A stretch of 64,000 bases of DNA from the human T2T-CHM13v2.0 reference genome, Homo sapiens, in NCBI RefSeq assembly GCF_009914755.1, contig NC_060927.1; one strand, 5' to 3'. The stretch's first letter is position 1. Each line of letters begins with the position of its first letter. This document shows, in pieces, positions 28,880 to 42,806 of the stretch. The position numbers and the translations under genes are program-made. The notes below the pieces were generated by a model. The model made no database searches. It was not told the origin of the DNA and saw nothing but the letters and a program-made list of their open reading frames with translations.

Positions 28880-29127
28880 AGTAGAATATTGTCTGCAGGG
28901 ACTTACTAGCAAACTGCCTGGGATCTAACCCTGGTTTTGCAAATGACTATGTATATAACCTAAGATATTTTGATTCTCAGTGTCCGTTTCTATAGAATAA
29001 AAATAACAATAGCATCTACTTTATCAAAGGATTATTGTGAGAATTAAGTTAGCATCTGTAAAGACAAACAATATATGGAGTACAGAGATCACAGGTTCTG
29101 CTTAAATTTTAGCTGCTACTATTATTT
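28880..29127 (+). mobile_element. MIR SINE
   Basis: 'aaactgcctgggatctaaccctgg..ataacaatagcatctact..ttattgtgagaattaag..ttagctgctactattatt'. Confidence 0.7.
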
Positions 29128-29270
29128 CTGAATCTGGAGGTGGACAAGGGTAGAATAGGTAGACTTACTTTGAAATTATAATTTATCATCTATAGCTAAT
29201 AAATTTAAGTTTAAATTTCTTGTATAGATGTATATTAAACCTTTTTGCGATGAGCAATTGGGTATATAAA

Positions 29271-29403
29271 TAAGGTCATCATATACTTTATTACACAAAC
29301 AGGAAAATTTTGAGATTGAAAATGGGTGTTATTAATAATTATGGCTGAAAAATAGGTGACACTGGGACTATCTTCAGTCAACAGAGAACTTGTGGCCTCA
29401 GTA
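29271..29403 (+). mobile_element. MER94-like hAT-Blackjack MITE
   Basis: 133 bp colinear with recalled consensus TAGGGTGACCATATAATTTAT..TTTTGAGAGTGAAA..CTATTAATAATTA..GGGACTGTCC. Confidence 0.65.
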
Positions 29404-29524
29404 CCAGGTTTGATGTTACAATTTGTGCTCTCAGAAATAAAAATTCTTTGATCATGTCTTTTTAAGTAAACTTGTATTTGGAGTTTTCAATAAGGCCAAT
29501 AATTTTTGATATCGTTTATGTAGG

Positions 29525-29710
29525 TCTTTAATGCTTTCAAACATATTATATGTTTTTATTTCCCACAATACGGACATAAAGCAGGTAATATGTTTAATTA
29601 TCACTGTTTCACAGGTGAGGGAATTGATATGTGGTAAATATAAACATATTTCTTGAAGGTAAAGTTTACTCAGCTAATTAGCATTAAAGGCAAGATCCAG
29701 TGCAGGCATT
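29525..29710 (-). mobile_element. MIR SINE
   Basis: 'attatcactgtttcacaggtgagggaattga..ctcagctaattag'. Confidence 0.55.
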
Positions 29711-30494
29711 TTGTTGTCACACCAACATTCTTATACGGTACACCAAAAGCTCTTGCAGAATCTTATCAGGAGGGTAACATAATCATATTTCTATTTTAGA
29801 GAGTTAATACAGTTCTAATGTTGGAAAAACTTCAGGGGTAAAATGCTGATGCAGAGAGAGCGGTTACAAAAATGCTGAAGTACATAAAGTCTAGAGTGAA
29901 TGGAGAAATACTGAACAAATAGCGTTCATATGGATTAAGATTTTGATTAGACATTGGTGGAGGGGCAGAGAGAAGAAGTGGATATGGCCTCTCAAATCCC
30001 TTGGGAAACTATGTGCATAATTACACTCTTTATTCATTTTCAGTCAGTAGGCATTTTCTCTCTCACAAAATATGTGAACTTTGATTTAGTAAGGTATAAG
30101 CTAGATAAGTGGATGTCCTGATTATCATCCTTAGTGTAGAAAGAGACATTTTAGAGCAATCAATTTTGAAGTTTTAGATTAAAATAATATGCTAAAATAT
30201 TATAAAAAACTGAAATTTTAGTAATCATGTAACAATCGCTTTGCATTTGCTTGATTATATCTTCTTTTACAAACATAGACAAAAATATATTTTAAGGATA
30301 AATTAAGAGACATGTTTTTACAAGATCTTATAATAATCATTTTCTTTGTATATTTTTAAACAGGAATGAAAGGTATTTACATGAAAAATATTTTCATGAT
30401 TCCAATTTACTTTAGCAGTCGCTGATAACAATTTCAAAATTTTAAGGGCAATAACTGGTCCTCTTTCTTCTTAGTGTGAATTAAATCCTGGTCG

Positions 30495-30850
30495 TGTTAC
30501 ATATTGAATTGTGTCCTTCCCCGAAATTCATTTGTTGAAGTCCTTACCCCCAGTACTAAAAAATGTGACCCTATTTGAAAATAGATGCAGATGTAATTAG
30601 TTAAGTGAAGATGAGGTCATTAGCATGGGCACTGATCCTATATGAGTGGTGTTCATATCATAGGGGGGAATTTGAGACAAATGCATTCATAAAATGCCAC
30701 TGAAGACGAAGGTAGAGATCAGAGCAATGTTCTACAAGCCAAGGAACAACACAAATTGCCAGCAAGACACCAGACTCAAGGTGAGAGGCACAAAACAGAT
30801 TTTTTTTTTTCTCATAGCCCTCAGAAAGAACCAACCCTGCTGACACCTGC
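30495..30850 (+). mobile_element. MLT1C LTR, 3'-truncated
   Basis: 'tgttacatattgaattgtgtcc..gttgaagtccttacccccagtac..ctacaagccaaggaac..ccctcagaaagaaccaaccctgctgacacc'. Confidence 0.85.
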
Positions 30851-31999
30851 TGCTGGTCCCTGGACTACAACGCTGTAACAAAGGTTTTTAACTACCATGT
30901 AGTTTTCAGATGAAAATAATCATCACCTTTAAACAGATTGTCATTGTTAATGACATGAATATCAGGATTTTCATATTTTGAAATCACAGAATAAGAATTC
31001 TTTAGTCTAATTCTCTATTATATAGACAATGAAATAATAATACTAATAGAAGCAAAAAGGTTTAATCATGTATTGACTATTTGTCATGATCTAAGCAGAT
31101 TAAGCTGAATGAGGTTAGAACTGCTCTTGCTTAAAATTCCTGTGCTGGGGTTAAAACGCATTCTAATTCCAGACCTTACTCCATTAAATCACTACCTTGA
31201 CTCCACCCTACATTTGTGTATTAGTGTACATATGTCTGTGTGTATGCATAGATCCATGAATGCACATATGTATATGTGCATGTATAAATGTTTGTATGCT
31301 TCCTTTGAGACCACTTTAGATACCATGGCTAATTTCAAATTTTAGAAACTGTTTTTTCTCAGTTTCCCATCTTTAGTTTCAATTATTTTGCTATGTGCAT
31401 TCTTCACTTTTTCATTTATTCCGTTATGACTTCCACCTCCTGATTGCTTCATGCTTTCTAGTTATCTTATAATTTCAGATGTATCAACCAAGCATCATAG
31501 TCATTTAAATTCTACCTATTCTAGCAATATTAAATTGCTAAATCCCTAGCCTCTTCCATGGCTAATTCATGATTTGTAGTCCATCTTCCATAATCCCCCA
31601 ACCATTGTGTTCATTCTTTTACAGCAACCATTTTTTTAAAATGTCATAAAATACAGGTTCATTGGATCTATTTCAGATACAAATATTTTACTCATAAAAG
31701 CATACTAATTATTTTATTTATCTCTTACTTTAAAAATATATAGTTTCTTGCTTACTGTAAAAATTTGTACTGTTTTTAGTTGAAAAATAAAGCAGAAATC
31801 AATCAATGACTCAGAACCTAAGGGTTACATGAAATATAAAGGGATAGGTCTAGAATCTTACAAGTGATTTTTAAAATGAGTTATATATATGCTACTGGAT
31901 AACATTTTAACTCTGCTTTTCCTTTATTGAACCATATATGGGGTACCAGATACAGTTATTTTTACCACAGTTGTAGAAATTTAAACAAGACAATATAAT

Positions 32000-32390
32000 T
32001 TTAACACAGCAATGAAAACGACTAAACTCTTGAAATGCTCAATAACAATGGTGACTACTTCAAACATAATGTTCAGTGAAGCAAGCCAGATTTCGCTTAT
32101 GAATATTGAATAGATTGTTTATGAATATTAAATAAATGTAACTATAAAATATAGATAATATATTTTATAAAAGAGACAATTCTCTACTTTATAGTTGCAT
32201 TTATTTAATATTCATAAGCAATTCAAACTAACCTGGGTTTTATCAGTTGGGGTAGTTCTCATCTTTGGGAGTTTAGTGGATGGAAGCGGGTAAAGGTGCT
32301 ATTCAACTTTGTACAATTCTATTGAGTGGCATTCTTATGTCTTATGTATTTTAAGAATACAACATTTAAATCAAAAGTGTATTAAAAAAG
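32000..32390 (+). mobile_element. L1ME 3' end fragment
   Basis: 'cacagcaatgaaaacgactaaact..aaacataatgttcagtgaagcaagccaga'. Confidence 0.55.
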
Positions 32391-33767
32391 AAAAGATTGA
32401 TGTATTACAAAATGTTAGTATTTGGTCAGTTTGAGTATTATCATATTTTCTACAACTTTTTATATACTTAATATTACACACTTCAATATTAAATGGAATC
32501 ATATAACATTTGCTTCATTTTGTCTTATGCTTCATTTGCCAATATAATATTAAGGTAGATGGAGATAATATCTAATATAGGATTGAATAATCAGCTGGTC
32601 ATTGTGTTAATTTGCATGGGAAATATTCCTAATCTCCTGGCTGAGCATCACTGGACAAAGTCCATCCACCAGGATAGGCTTGTACCCTTTCTGAATGTTA
32701 AGGATCCAATAACTGCTGTTGCCTATTTCATCCCTCTCCTCCTCGGATTGAGAGGATGAGTTCTGGGTGATTTGAGAATGCAGTATTGTGTCCTTATCCT
32801 CAGGCTGAGAAACTGTTCGATTATTGTCTCATCATCCTGAACTATCTTCTTTTCTGCCATTGTATCTGCTCTTTCCCATCTATAGTCAGTAACAATCGTT
32901 GCTGCTATTAGTATCACAGCTACTTTTCATTTTTTCTTCCTGTCTTGTTCATTATCTGCACCTTTCCTCTTGCTTTACGCAAAAAGTCAGTTCCAGTTCT
33001 CTTCCTCCTGTTCTTTCTTTCTCTTTCCCCCTGCTATTTTGTTTATTGGCTTTGGCTTGATACCATTCCTCTAAGACTGTTCTAAGTTAAATGATTAGGT
33101 ACAACCTATAGGATATATATTTCATCACAACTAATTATTTTGCCATTTTTTTTCTCCCAGAGTTATAGTTAATATGTTACATTTTATCTTTCCTTATTTT
33201 TCTTTGTTGGTTTTTGCTTCTAGGTATAAGTTTTTCTTCTCCACATGAATAAAATTTTAAACATTTTGTATGTGTGTATGAGTATTTATGTTAACCAAAG
33301 TTACCAATAGTAGTTCATATTTTTAAAAATATAAAAGATATATACAGGAAAATGTAATAATTTCATTGATGAAGTGATGATAATTTAGTTAGGGTGTGTT
33401 CTGTAGACCTACAAAGGGAAACCGCATGTAGATATTTGGTATAAGTTAGCATTCTTCCAATATCAAACTATAATTGATTTTGAGCCTCAAAAGAATCAGC
33501 TTCTCCAATCTTGTAAAGATATACAACTAATGTAGGCTTCTGAATTTATTTTTAAAAGATCATTTAAAATTGAAACATGTAATTTCTAACTTGAGCTTTT
33601 ATTAAAGTGGTAGGAATATCAGAAACTCTGCTCAATAAATATTGTGATGTTTCTTCATTATTTAGCTTGGATAATTTTTTTCAACCAGTTCCTGAGCTCC
33701 TTTTCCTACCTGCTTCCTTGCTTGTCTTGAGATTTAAATGTGATATGTTTTAAAAGCAATATTCAGA

Positions 33768-33995
33768 GGCCAGACACGGTGGTTCACTCCTGTAATTCAG
33801 CACTTTGGGAGGCCAAAGTGGGCAGATCACTTGATGTCAGAAGTTTGAGACCAGCCTGGCCAACATGGTGAAATCTTCTCTCTACTGAAAATGCAAAAAT
33901 TAGCCAGGTGTGGTGATGCATGTCTGTAATCCCAACTATTTGGGAAGCTGAGGCATGAGAACTGTTTGAACCTGGGAGGCAGAGGTGGCAATGAG
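33768..33995 (+). mobile_element. AluS (Sz-like), 3'-truncated and tail-less
   Basis: Intact 5' end; stops at 'gaggtggcaatgag' with no poly(A). Confidence 0.93.
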
Positions 33996-36267
33996 AACAA
34001 TTCAGATAGTACATAATACAAAAGAACTCTAAGAAGAAATACATTGTGTATATTTTTTTTGTCCATGACTATTATTATTACTTAAATTGGCAAGCATTAA
34101 TTTGCTCTTAGTATGAACTAGGAATACAGTAATTTAAACAAACAATTGTACCATGTGAATTTGTATACTGCTAAAGCTAATCTTTGAAGAATATTTTTCT
34201 AACTTGAGGCATAAATGAAATTAGATGTATCTGGGACATTTTGTTGTATGCTTGCAAGAACTTCAAGACACTAAATGACTGAAGCATACTTAAATATATC
34301 TACATATTTTAGTCTTTGCAAGCAGAGAAGAGAAATAGTGTAAAATATGAGTAAACCTGGCAATCTCTTTAATAAAAATATGCTAAGACCTGCAGTGTTC
34401 ATTGGCCTTGGTGGCCACGTATTATTATCCAGGTAGAAAGAGGCTAATAGTGACAATAATCATGCAATAACACAATAAAGGGTCCAATATTTATTTCAAA
34501 AAATGATGAAAAAATCCAATACCTGGAAGAAAGCTAACTCTACTCCCTAGGAGAGCCTAGATGACACTTCTAATTATAACAAAGAATAAAAAAGGAACAG
34601 ATCAGATCAATAAATCATAAATACAGCACACTAGATCAGGCACTGTTCTGGGAAAGACTCATGTTTCAGAAATTAAACTCCATAATAAATTCTGAGATAC
34701 CATAGCCCCATTCTATATAATGGAAACTATATTACAAAAACTTGTCTAATGATTAGACTTGGCAAAAAAAATTAACTCATAATATTAATGCATTCACCAA
34801 TAAAAAATGTAAAAATAATCATGAGCATACCATCTCATGCACAAAAGCCATTTAACTATGTAACAATCTATTAATAATGTAGCCAGATTAGTCAGAAAAG
34901 TCAGCTTTGCAAAGGAATATTATTATTTTTCAGTTGTTTTCCTCCTACCCATGAAAAAAATCTTCCCTGCTTTACTCTCAAACAATAATTCATTGAATAG
35001 TGTTGAACAATAAGAAAAATTATAGATTTGAATATTCTTCATTATTAAACTTTTATTGAGTACATTGTTAATTACCAACCTGGTACAATGTTTAATTGTT
35101 GCATTACAAATTTCAATCACTCGCCTCCACTTGCAGAGCCCCACTTATGGGCACTACCACACCTGCAAACCCTGCTGTGCAGGGAAACTTAGGAAACTCT
35201 ATATTCTATTCAGCTATTCTTCCCCTTTGTTTATTGGTTTAAAAGTGAAAAAAAATGAATTTAAATGCAGCTGTAAATTTTGTAGAATTTATTGTGGTAT
35301 AGAATTAAAAGAATTAAAAATATGGAAGGAATAACAGTGATCAACTTAAATTATGATGAAAATTGGAAAAATAAAATAATTTATGTCAAAGAAAGACATA
35401 AATTTGAGCTAAGAATAAGCTCAACTTATATGCAGATGATTATGGTGGTAGAAGTAGATATTGGATTCTCGAAATTTTGAAAAATAAGGAGAAAATAATA
35501 TTGTGCAGGGGATAATTGATGATGCAAAAAAAAAGGAAGGCATAATTGTAAGTACAAGATTTTTAATGAAGAAGTTTAGTGTAGAATGAAGAACACGGAG
35601 GTAGGTTTCTTAATCAGGAGGGTAATTGCCACTTTGTAGACAGAGTTTATGAAAGAGGAGTGACAGAATACACAGAATGTTTTCATGCATTTATCTGAAG
35701 TTAAAGTTTCAATATTTTCTTCTAATAGTGATGTAATCTACTTTTTAATACTTGGCAAACTTAGATATCTGACTCAGTTCCACCTTTTAGATTGTAACAA
35801 CATTTTTCTAAATTTTTTCTTATATAAATTATTTACAGCCAATATCAAATAACATTATATTAATGAATGTTTATGAAAACCCAGGCCATCTTCATTACAT
35901 ACTATTATTTACAGCTTTTGATGGGTATTCTAAAATATAAGCTTATTAAAAAAACTTTTTTTATCATGTTGAATCTAATACTTCAAATAAAAAATGTTTA
36001 CTTTATATATATATTTTTTGCTCTCAAATGATTAAATGATAAAATATTAAAATTAAATTGACTATAGCAATAATTAAAATTACATACCTATCTAGATTAC
36101 TGTTTTGACAAAACTCAATGTGAAATTGTTTAAAGATGAAGTTAGTTATTGAAAAGCAAAATACACAAATTTTCTGGGAAAAATTCATATTGCCAATATA
36201 AGTAGTCTAAGAAATTTGGCACAATAATTAAGAATCTGCATGGTTACATAAAAAAGCACTCTATTAA

Positions 36268-37898
36268 AGAGAAAGAAATAAAGGGAATTCATATTGTTAA
36301 AGAGGAAGTAAAACTGTCACTGTTTGCTGATAATATGATTGTTTACCTCGAAAACCCTGAAAACTCTTCCAGAAAGCTCCTAGAACTGATAAAATAATTC
36401 AGCAAAGTTTGTGGATACAAGATTAATGTACTCAAATCAGTAGCTCTTCTGTACACCAACAGCAACCAAGTGAAGAATCAAATCAAGAACTCAAACCCCT
36501 TTACAATAGCTACAAAAAAATAAAATATACTTAGGTATATACCTAAGCGAGGAATATAAAGACTTCTACATGGAAAACTACAAAACGCTACTGAAATAAA
36601 TCATAGATGACACAAACAAAGGGAAAAACATTCCATGCTCATGAATGGGTAGAATAAATATTGTGAAAATGAGCATACTGCCAAAAGCAATCTACAAATT
36701 CAACACAATCCCTATCAAAATACCACCACAATTCTTCACAGAATTAGAAAAAAATTTTTTTTAAATTCATATGGAACCAAAAAAGGTCCTGCATAGCCAA
36801 AACAAAACTAAGCAAAAAGAACAAATCTGGAGGCATCACATTAACTGATTTCAAATTATACTATAAGGCCATAGTCACCAAAACAGCACGGTACTAGTAT
36901 AAAAACAGGCACATGGACCAATGGAAGAGAACAGAGAACCCAGAAATAAACCCAAATACTTACAGCCAACTGATCTTCAACAAAGCAAACAAAAGCATAA
37001 AATGGGGAAAGTACACCATTTTCAACAAATGGTGTTGGGATAATTGGCTAGCCACATGTGGGAGAATGAAACTGGATCCTCATCTCTCACCTTATACAAA
37101 AATGAACTCAAGATGGATTAAGGACTTAAATCTAAGACCTGAAACTATAAAAATATAAGATAACATTGGAAAAACCCTTCTGGACATTGGCTTAGGCAGA
37201 GTTTCATGACCAAGAACCCAAAAGCAAATGAAATAAAAACAAAGATAAATAGCTGGGACTTAATTAAACTAAAGAGCTTCTGCACAGAAAAAGGAACAGT
37301 CAGCAGGGTCAACAGACAACTCACAGAGTGGGAAAAAGTCTTCACAATCTATACATCTGACAAAGGATGAATATCCAGCATCTACAACAAACTCAAATCA
37401 GCAAAAATAAACAAACAAAATCTCATCAAAATGTGGGCTAAGGACATGAATAGGCAATCCTCAAAAGAGGATATAAAGATATACAAATGGCCAAGAAACA
37501 TATTTAAAAAATGCTCAACATAACTAATGATCAGGAAAATGCAAACCAAAACCACAATGCAATACCACCTTACTCCTGCAAGAATGGCCATAATCAAAAA
37601 GTTAAAAAACAGTAGATGTTGGCATGGATGCAGTGATCATGGAACACTTCTACACTGCTGGTGGGAATGTAAACTAGTACAGCCACTATTGAAAACAGCG
37701 TGGAGATTCCTTAAATAACTAAAAGTAGAACTACCATTTGATCCAGCAATCCCACTACGGGGTACCTACTCGGAGGAAAATAAGTCGTTATACAAAAGAC
37801 ACTCGCACACACATGTTTATAGCGGCACGATTTGTAATTGCAAAATCGTGGTACCAACCCAAACGCCCATCAATCAACGAGTGGGTAAAGAAACTGTG
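36268..37898 (+). mobile_element. L1PB (PB1-like) ORF2 3' part, lacking the 3'UTR
   Basis: ORF2 peptides [14 protein letters not shown]... and CWHGC..HCWWEC; ends at 'gtgggtaaagaaactgtg' where the TA tract begins. Confidence 0.92.
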
Positions 37899-38493
37899 AT
37901 ATATATATATCTCACATATACTACTATATATATATATACCTATCTAGATATATATATCTAGTAGTACCCATGTATACTACTATATACATATAGTGGTAAT
38001 TTATCATATATGTATATTGTATATGTATATGATATACATGTATATGTATATATGTGTGTATATATACAGATATGTATATATGTATATACACATATCTGTG
38101 TATATGTATATACACATATCTGTGTGTATATGTATATACGTACATATATATGCATATAGATATATATGTATATCTACATGTATGTGTATACGTATATCTA
38201 CATATCTACGTATCTATGTATATCTACATATCTACGTACATATGTAGATCTACATATGTATATCTACATATATGTATATCTACATATATATGTATATATG
38301 TATATCTACATATATGTATATATGTATATCTACATATTTATGTATATATATACGTGTATATCATATACATATACATATATACATATATATGATTAATTAC
38401 TACTATATATAGTAGTATACATGTACTATATATATAGAAGTATACATATATATGTACTATATGTCTATAGTAGTATACATGTATACATGTATA
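37899..38493. repeat. ~600-bp complex (TA/TG/CA)n low-complexity tract with internal palindromes
   Basis: Read directly; source of the spurious Tyr/Ile-rich ORFs. Confidence 0.95.
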
Positions 38494-40564
38494 ACCTGAT
38501 TGTAGGCTTTGAAAAATGTCACAAATATATTTTAAATGTGGAAACTGTGAATCTAAACAGAAGTATTAGAAAGCTCTGGCAAGATTGTGGAACATTATAT
38601 CAAAATGCTGATCATTTGGAATTTTAGTTTACAGATTGTCTAAGAATATTAATATGGTTGCTCTTGGCTAAACTGCTAAATTTTGGGCTAAAGTAACACA
38701 TATTGTAGAATAAAAACAAAACAATGTGTATTCTTTTCTTCAAGATTACTTTTTTATTTTTATCTTATTTTTCCTCCATGTTTTTTCTCAGTACATGTTC
38801 TCTTCATATTAATTTTCCGAAATTTGTTTTTCATTTGTTGTGTTAGTATTGTGCATTTTTGAAAATATATATAAAATTATAAATGTTTAAGTTTATCAAT
38901 TATACATATAGTTAAGGATATATAATTGATACTTAAACATTTATAGTTATACATGTAAATATTTAAATGTTTAAATTTTTCCTGGGAAAGTAGCATAAAA
39001 ATAAATAATGCATACAGTGGGCTTCTCAAAAAGAATGCTTTTATTGCACCATGAGATCAGGAAACGTTCAATAAATGCTGACTTCTGCTGTTTCAGCATA
39101 TTTTGAGATCAAGTCAGGAAGAACCATACACTTCAGACTAAGCTGAATATAAAAGGAAAGAGAATTATTTAAGGCACAGCTGTTGGAACAGCTACTCTTT
39201 CTAGTATAGAAAGATAGCAAATAGTAGCTAGTCAATGGGTTTTATAAAATGAATACATTGTTCAGAAAAATAGGATTTGTCAGTGTTGGTATTCTCGGGT
39301 CAAAATTGTCAATGTATTTTGTTAACACTTATCACTCTCCACAGTTGGTATACTACTATTGTGAAAAAATGTATCCCAAATTAAATTTGACAACGTAATT
39401 ATGGGAAAATAGTACATGAATGAAGAATATTTGTGAAATGAAGGAGAGATGAATTTTCAAATACTTTTTAAAAAAAGAAAAACACAAATCTCATAGAAAA
39501 GATACTGCATCAAATCATTCTATCTGCAACTGTCTAAAAATGATATCTTTTAAAGGATGCAAGTTTACTGTGCTAGAAGCAAACCAAACTATTGTAATAT
39601 GTGTTTTACATTTTTTTGAGTTTAATATTCTTGGCATATGTTAAAACTACTGTAAATATTCTGAATGATTTATATAAGAGCTTTTTTTTCTGGATACATG
39701 CCTATATTGATTGCCACATTAAATGGATTGTGAAACATTCATGTATTTGAATTGCCATCAGAAATAATTGTAAGTTCATGTCTTCTAAATCTCCCAGAGA
39801 TTTTAGATGTACTTTTCACTTTTTAAAAGCAGTCTCCCTGTCATTATATGGTACTTAATAATTAATTAATATTTAGCCAATATAATAAATCATACTTGGA
39901 TACTTAGTTTCTTCAAAACCCTTACCTCTGTTTTTGTTTTCAAGCTTCTTCACTGACTTTCTCACCCTCTGTGATACGTGACAAGACACAAATTTTACAG
40001 AGCAAAATATCATATAGGGATATCGTAGAGATATATGATGTAATAAGAGTTAAAATAAGGGATTTGCCCCAGTCCTAGATATCACAAAAAGTATCTATGA
40101 GAAAGGAATGGTTGGTTATAAAGTTATTAAAAAATGAGTAAAAGTTTATTAGGCAAAGTGTAGAGAACCAAATTCCAGATGTTAGAAGAGAGAAATCTCA
40201 TGAAGAGGTGAGTATGGTTTCTTTTATCACACTTGAAAGCAGAGGAACTAAAACACAAAAGGTGCTTGAGAAAGTAGGGTGAAGTTTCCATGCAGGGTTT
40301 CATTAAATTTTCTGATTTTTTTTTGTAGATACCAAATGAAGACCATTTAGGCATTTGAAGGACACAATTAGGTTTATATTGATGAGATATTGCTGACCTG
40401 GGCATACCACTAGCTTCAAGAGTAGGACTTTCTTGATTCTCATTAAGACTCATTCTTTATATTTCAGATCACAGTGAATGAAATAGGCCTTGTGTATTCT
40501 TTCTTTTCTCTGCTTTTTTTTTTTTTTAGCTAATGCTGTGAGAACTCAGAGATCATCACATATG

Positions 40565-41010
40565 TAGTATTAGTTTTCTATACTGTGTAATATATCACCA
40601 CACAATTAACAGACTAAAATACTATAAGTCCGCTACCTTACATTTCCTGAGAGTCACAAGTTCAGGTATGGCTTAGCTGTATTCCTGCAGAAGGTCTGAC
40701 AAGGCCGCAATCTAGGTGTTGGCAATAACTGCTTCTCATCTGCAAGGTTGACTTGGAAAGCATCTGCTCCTCCCATTTTGTGACTGTTGGCAGCATTCAA
40801 TCTTTGTAATAGTAGAATTCATAGCAGCTGCCTTTTTGACAATAAGTAAAGATAGGGAGACTAGAAAGAGTCTGCTAGCAAGATGAAATCTTATATTAGG
40901 TAACTTTATCATAGAAGTTGTATCTCATTACTTTTGTCATATTATTGGTTAGAAGTAAGTCACATTTCTGACCACATTCAGGAAAGGGAAGCAGCATGGA
41001 TATGGCGATT
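40565..41010 (-). mobile_element. MLT1F-like LTR
   Basis: 'tattagttttctatactgtgtaa..ggcttagctg..aaggccgcaatctaggtgttggc..attggttagaagtaagtcaca'. Confidence 0.7.
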
Positions 41011-42410
41011 ATACAAAAACATTTTAAACATCAAAGCACAGAGATTAAAACTCCATCTTCCATGTTCTTGCTTTCTGCCTTTGTCTTTTAGATGTTTTTT
41101 CCTTCCACCAGGCAACATTGGTGTCTGGATTTACTGTCCTGGCTGCACACTCAATACACAAATGCATTTTCATTGCCACCTGATATTTTCTGGTTTCATT
41201 CTCCTGGATCATTATAGTATGAAATAATTTCATGATTCATAGTGATAAGATCAGGAACTTATATTGGAATGTTTGGGTAAGGAGGCATTGAATACACAGA
41301 ACTCCTCTATTGCAGTATTAGATGGTTTTCCCTATGAATCACATAATAAAATATTTGTTTTATTAATAAATTAACAAAACAAAACAAGGTTTTTCTTAAA
41401 ACAGGAACAAAATGATTGTATTTTGTTTATTTTTGTTCACCAATTTATTTCCAACATCTACACCAGTGCCCAAATCATAGTCAGTGATATGCAAACAATT
41501 GTTGGACCAATGCTTGAATACATACATGCATAAATAATGAAAGAATATGTGGGTTAATCAATCTGGTTAATATGCCTCCCAGTGAGAGAGCATAATATCA
41601 ACATCCTTCTGCTCAAAAGAGTGATCATTTCAGGTTCCCAGGCTAAAGGTCATGCCATTTGAAGTATAACATCCTTGAAAGATAATCAATGTTTTCTTTC
41701 AAACATGTGTTGCACTAAGAAATTACTAAATGTATTTTCTTTTCAGAAACAAATGCAGATGTTAAATCTCTTTTGTTCTTTTCAAACAGAGCTTTTTAAA
41801 AATTAGAAATTATTTCTTAGCATAAAGTTGGAAATACCTTACCTAGTTTGAGAATACTCCACAAGAACACTGCTATCAAGATTTCTGTTAATTTTCTAAG
41901 CCTTTAATATCCTCCTGCTTTTCTATAGTGTTACAAATTACTTTGGGCACCGTTTTAGAAATCTAGTTCCTATAGCCATTCAAATTACATTAACTTGTTA
42001 AAAAATAGATTTTAATAAGTGTACTTCAAAATAAAACTAAATATTTAGAAACCATAAAAATTCATGCTCAGGCATAGTGAATAGCCCCTTATTCATTATA
42101 AATACCTTTCAAGTGGACCCAATAATTCTTTCTTGAGCTTTTCTTTCTCATTAATAATGATGTGACAGAATAGATATACAAGTAATTTCACGTTTACATT
42201 TTTTATATTGTAGGAAAAAAAATCAAACAGCAAAAGAGGAGTGTTAATGGGATAATCTATAGCTCTCTTGATACTGCTCAAGCTGTAACTGACATTTCTT
42301 ATCGTTTTCCTAAACAACCCATTCTAGATCCCCAGTTTGTACTTCTGCTGGTTTAAGTAGTTTGCCTGTTGCACTGACCAAAACTTTTATCAATGAAATA
42401 TCAAGGACTC

Positions 42411-42806
42411 TGTATCACATATTGAGTTCTTCAGAAAATAAGTTAAAATATTTGAGGTCCAGGATTTATATTAAATCCTGTGAAGAGGAGGCAGGATTAG
42501 GCAGAAGAAGAATATAATATGGGCCTGATAATGCCACGGCCAACCCAGCAATGAGTTCTGGAGCTAACATTATCTTTCAGAGTTGCCTATTTTCAGGACA
42601 AAATGGCCAGGCCTCTATACATATGGCTCAGCCATAACATGAAGTCTTCCTAGAAAGAGTATGACCTCAGGAGAAGCAAATCTATGCAGCTGAGGTCCAC
42701 ACTTAAGTAATAATTGACAGCTAGAGGCTGTCTACTGACTATATTTCCTACAGATGGACAGAATACCCTTAAAGGGGGACCTGGGTGACACATCTCCATG
42801 TGTGCC
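42411..42806 (-). mobile_element. LTR16-like ERVL LTR; the HERV-S inserted near its 5' end
   Basis: 'gaggaggcaggattaggcagaag', 'caacccagcaatgagttctggagcta', 'aagggggacctgggtgacacatc'. Confidence 0.65.

Noticed and set aside
32620-32930. Moderately GC-rich unique segment as a possible exon or retrocopy
   Set aside because: The short ORFs resemble no protein I recognise, and there is no convincing splice-site pair or poly(A)/TSD.
36268-36300. L1PB and the 16971 L1PA begin at nearly the same ORF2 position
   Set aside because: Different subfamilies and flanks; two events are compatible with chance.
37924-38627. Cluster of Tyr/Ile/Cys-rich ORFs
   Set aside because: Translations of TA/TG simple repeats.
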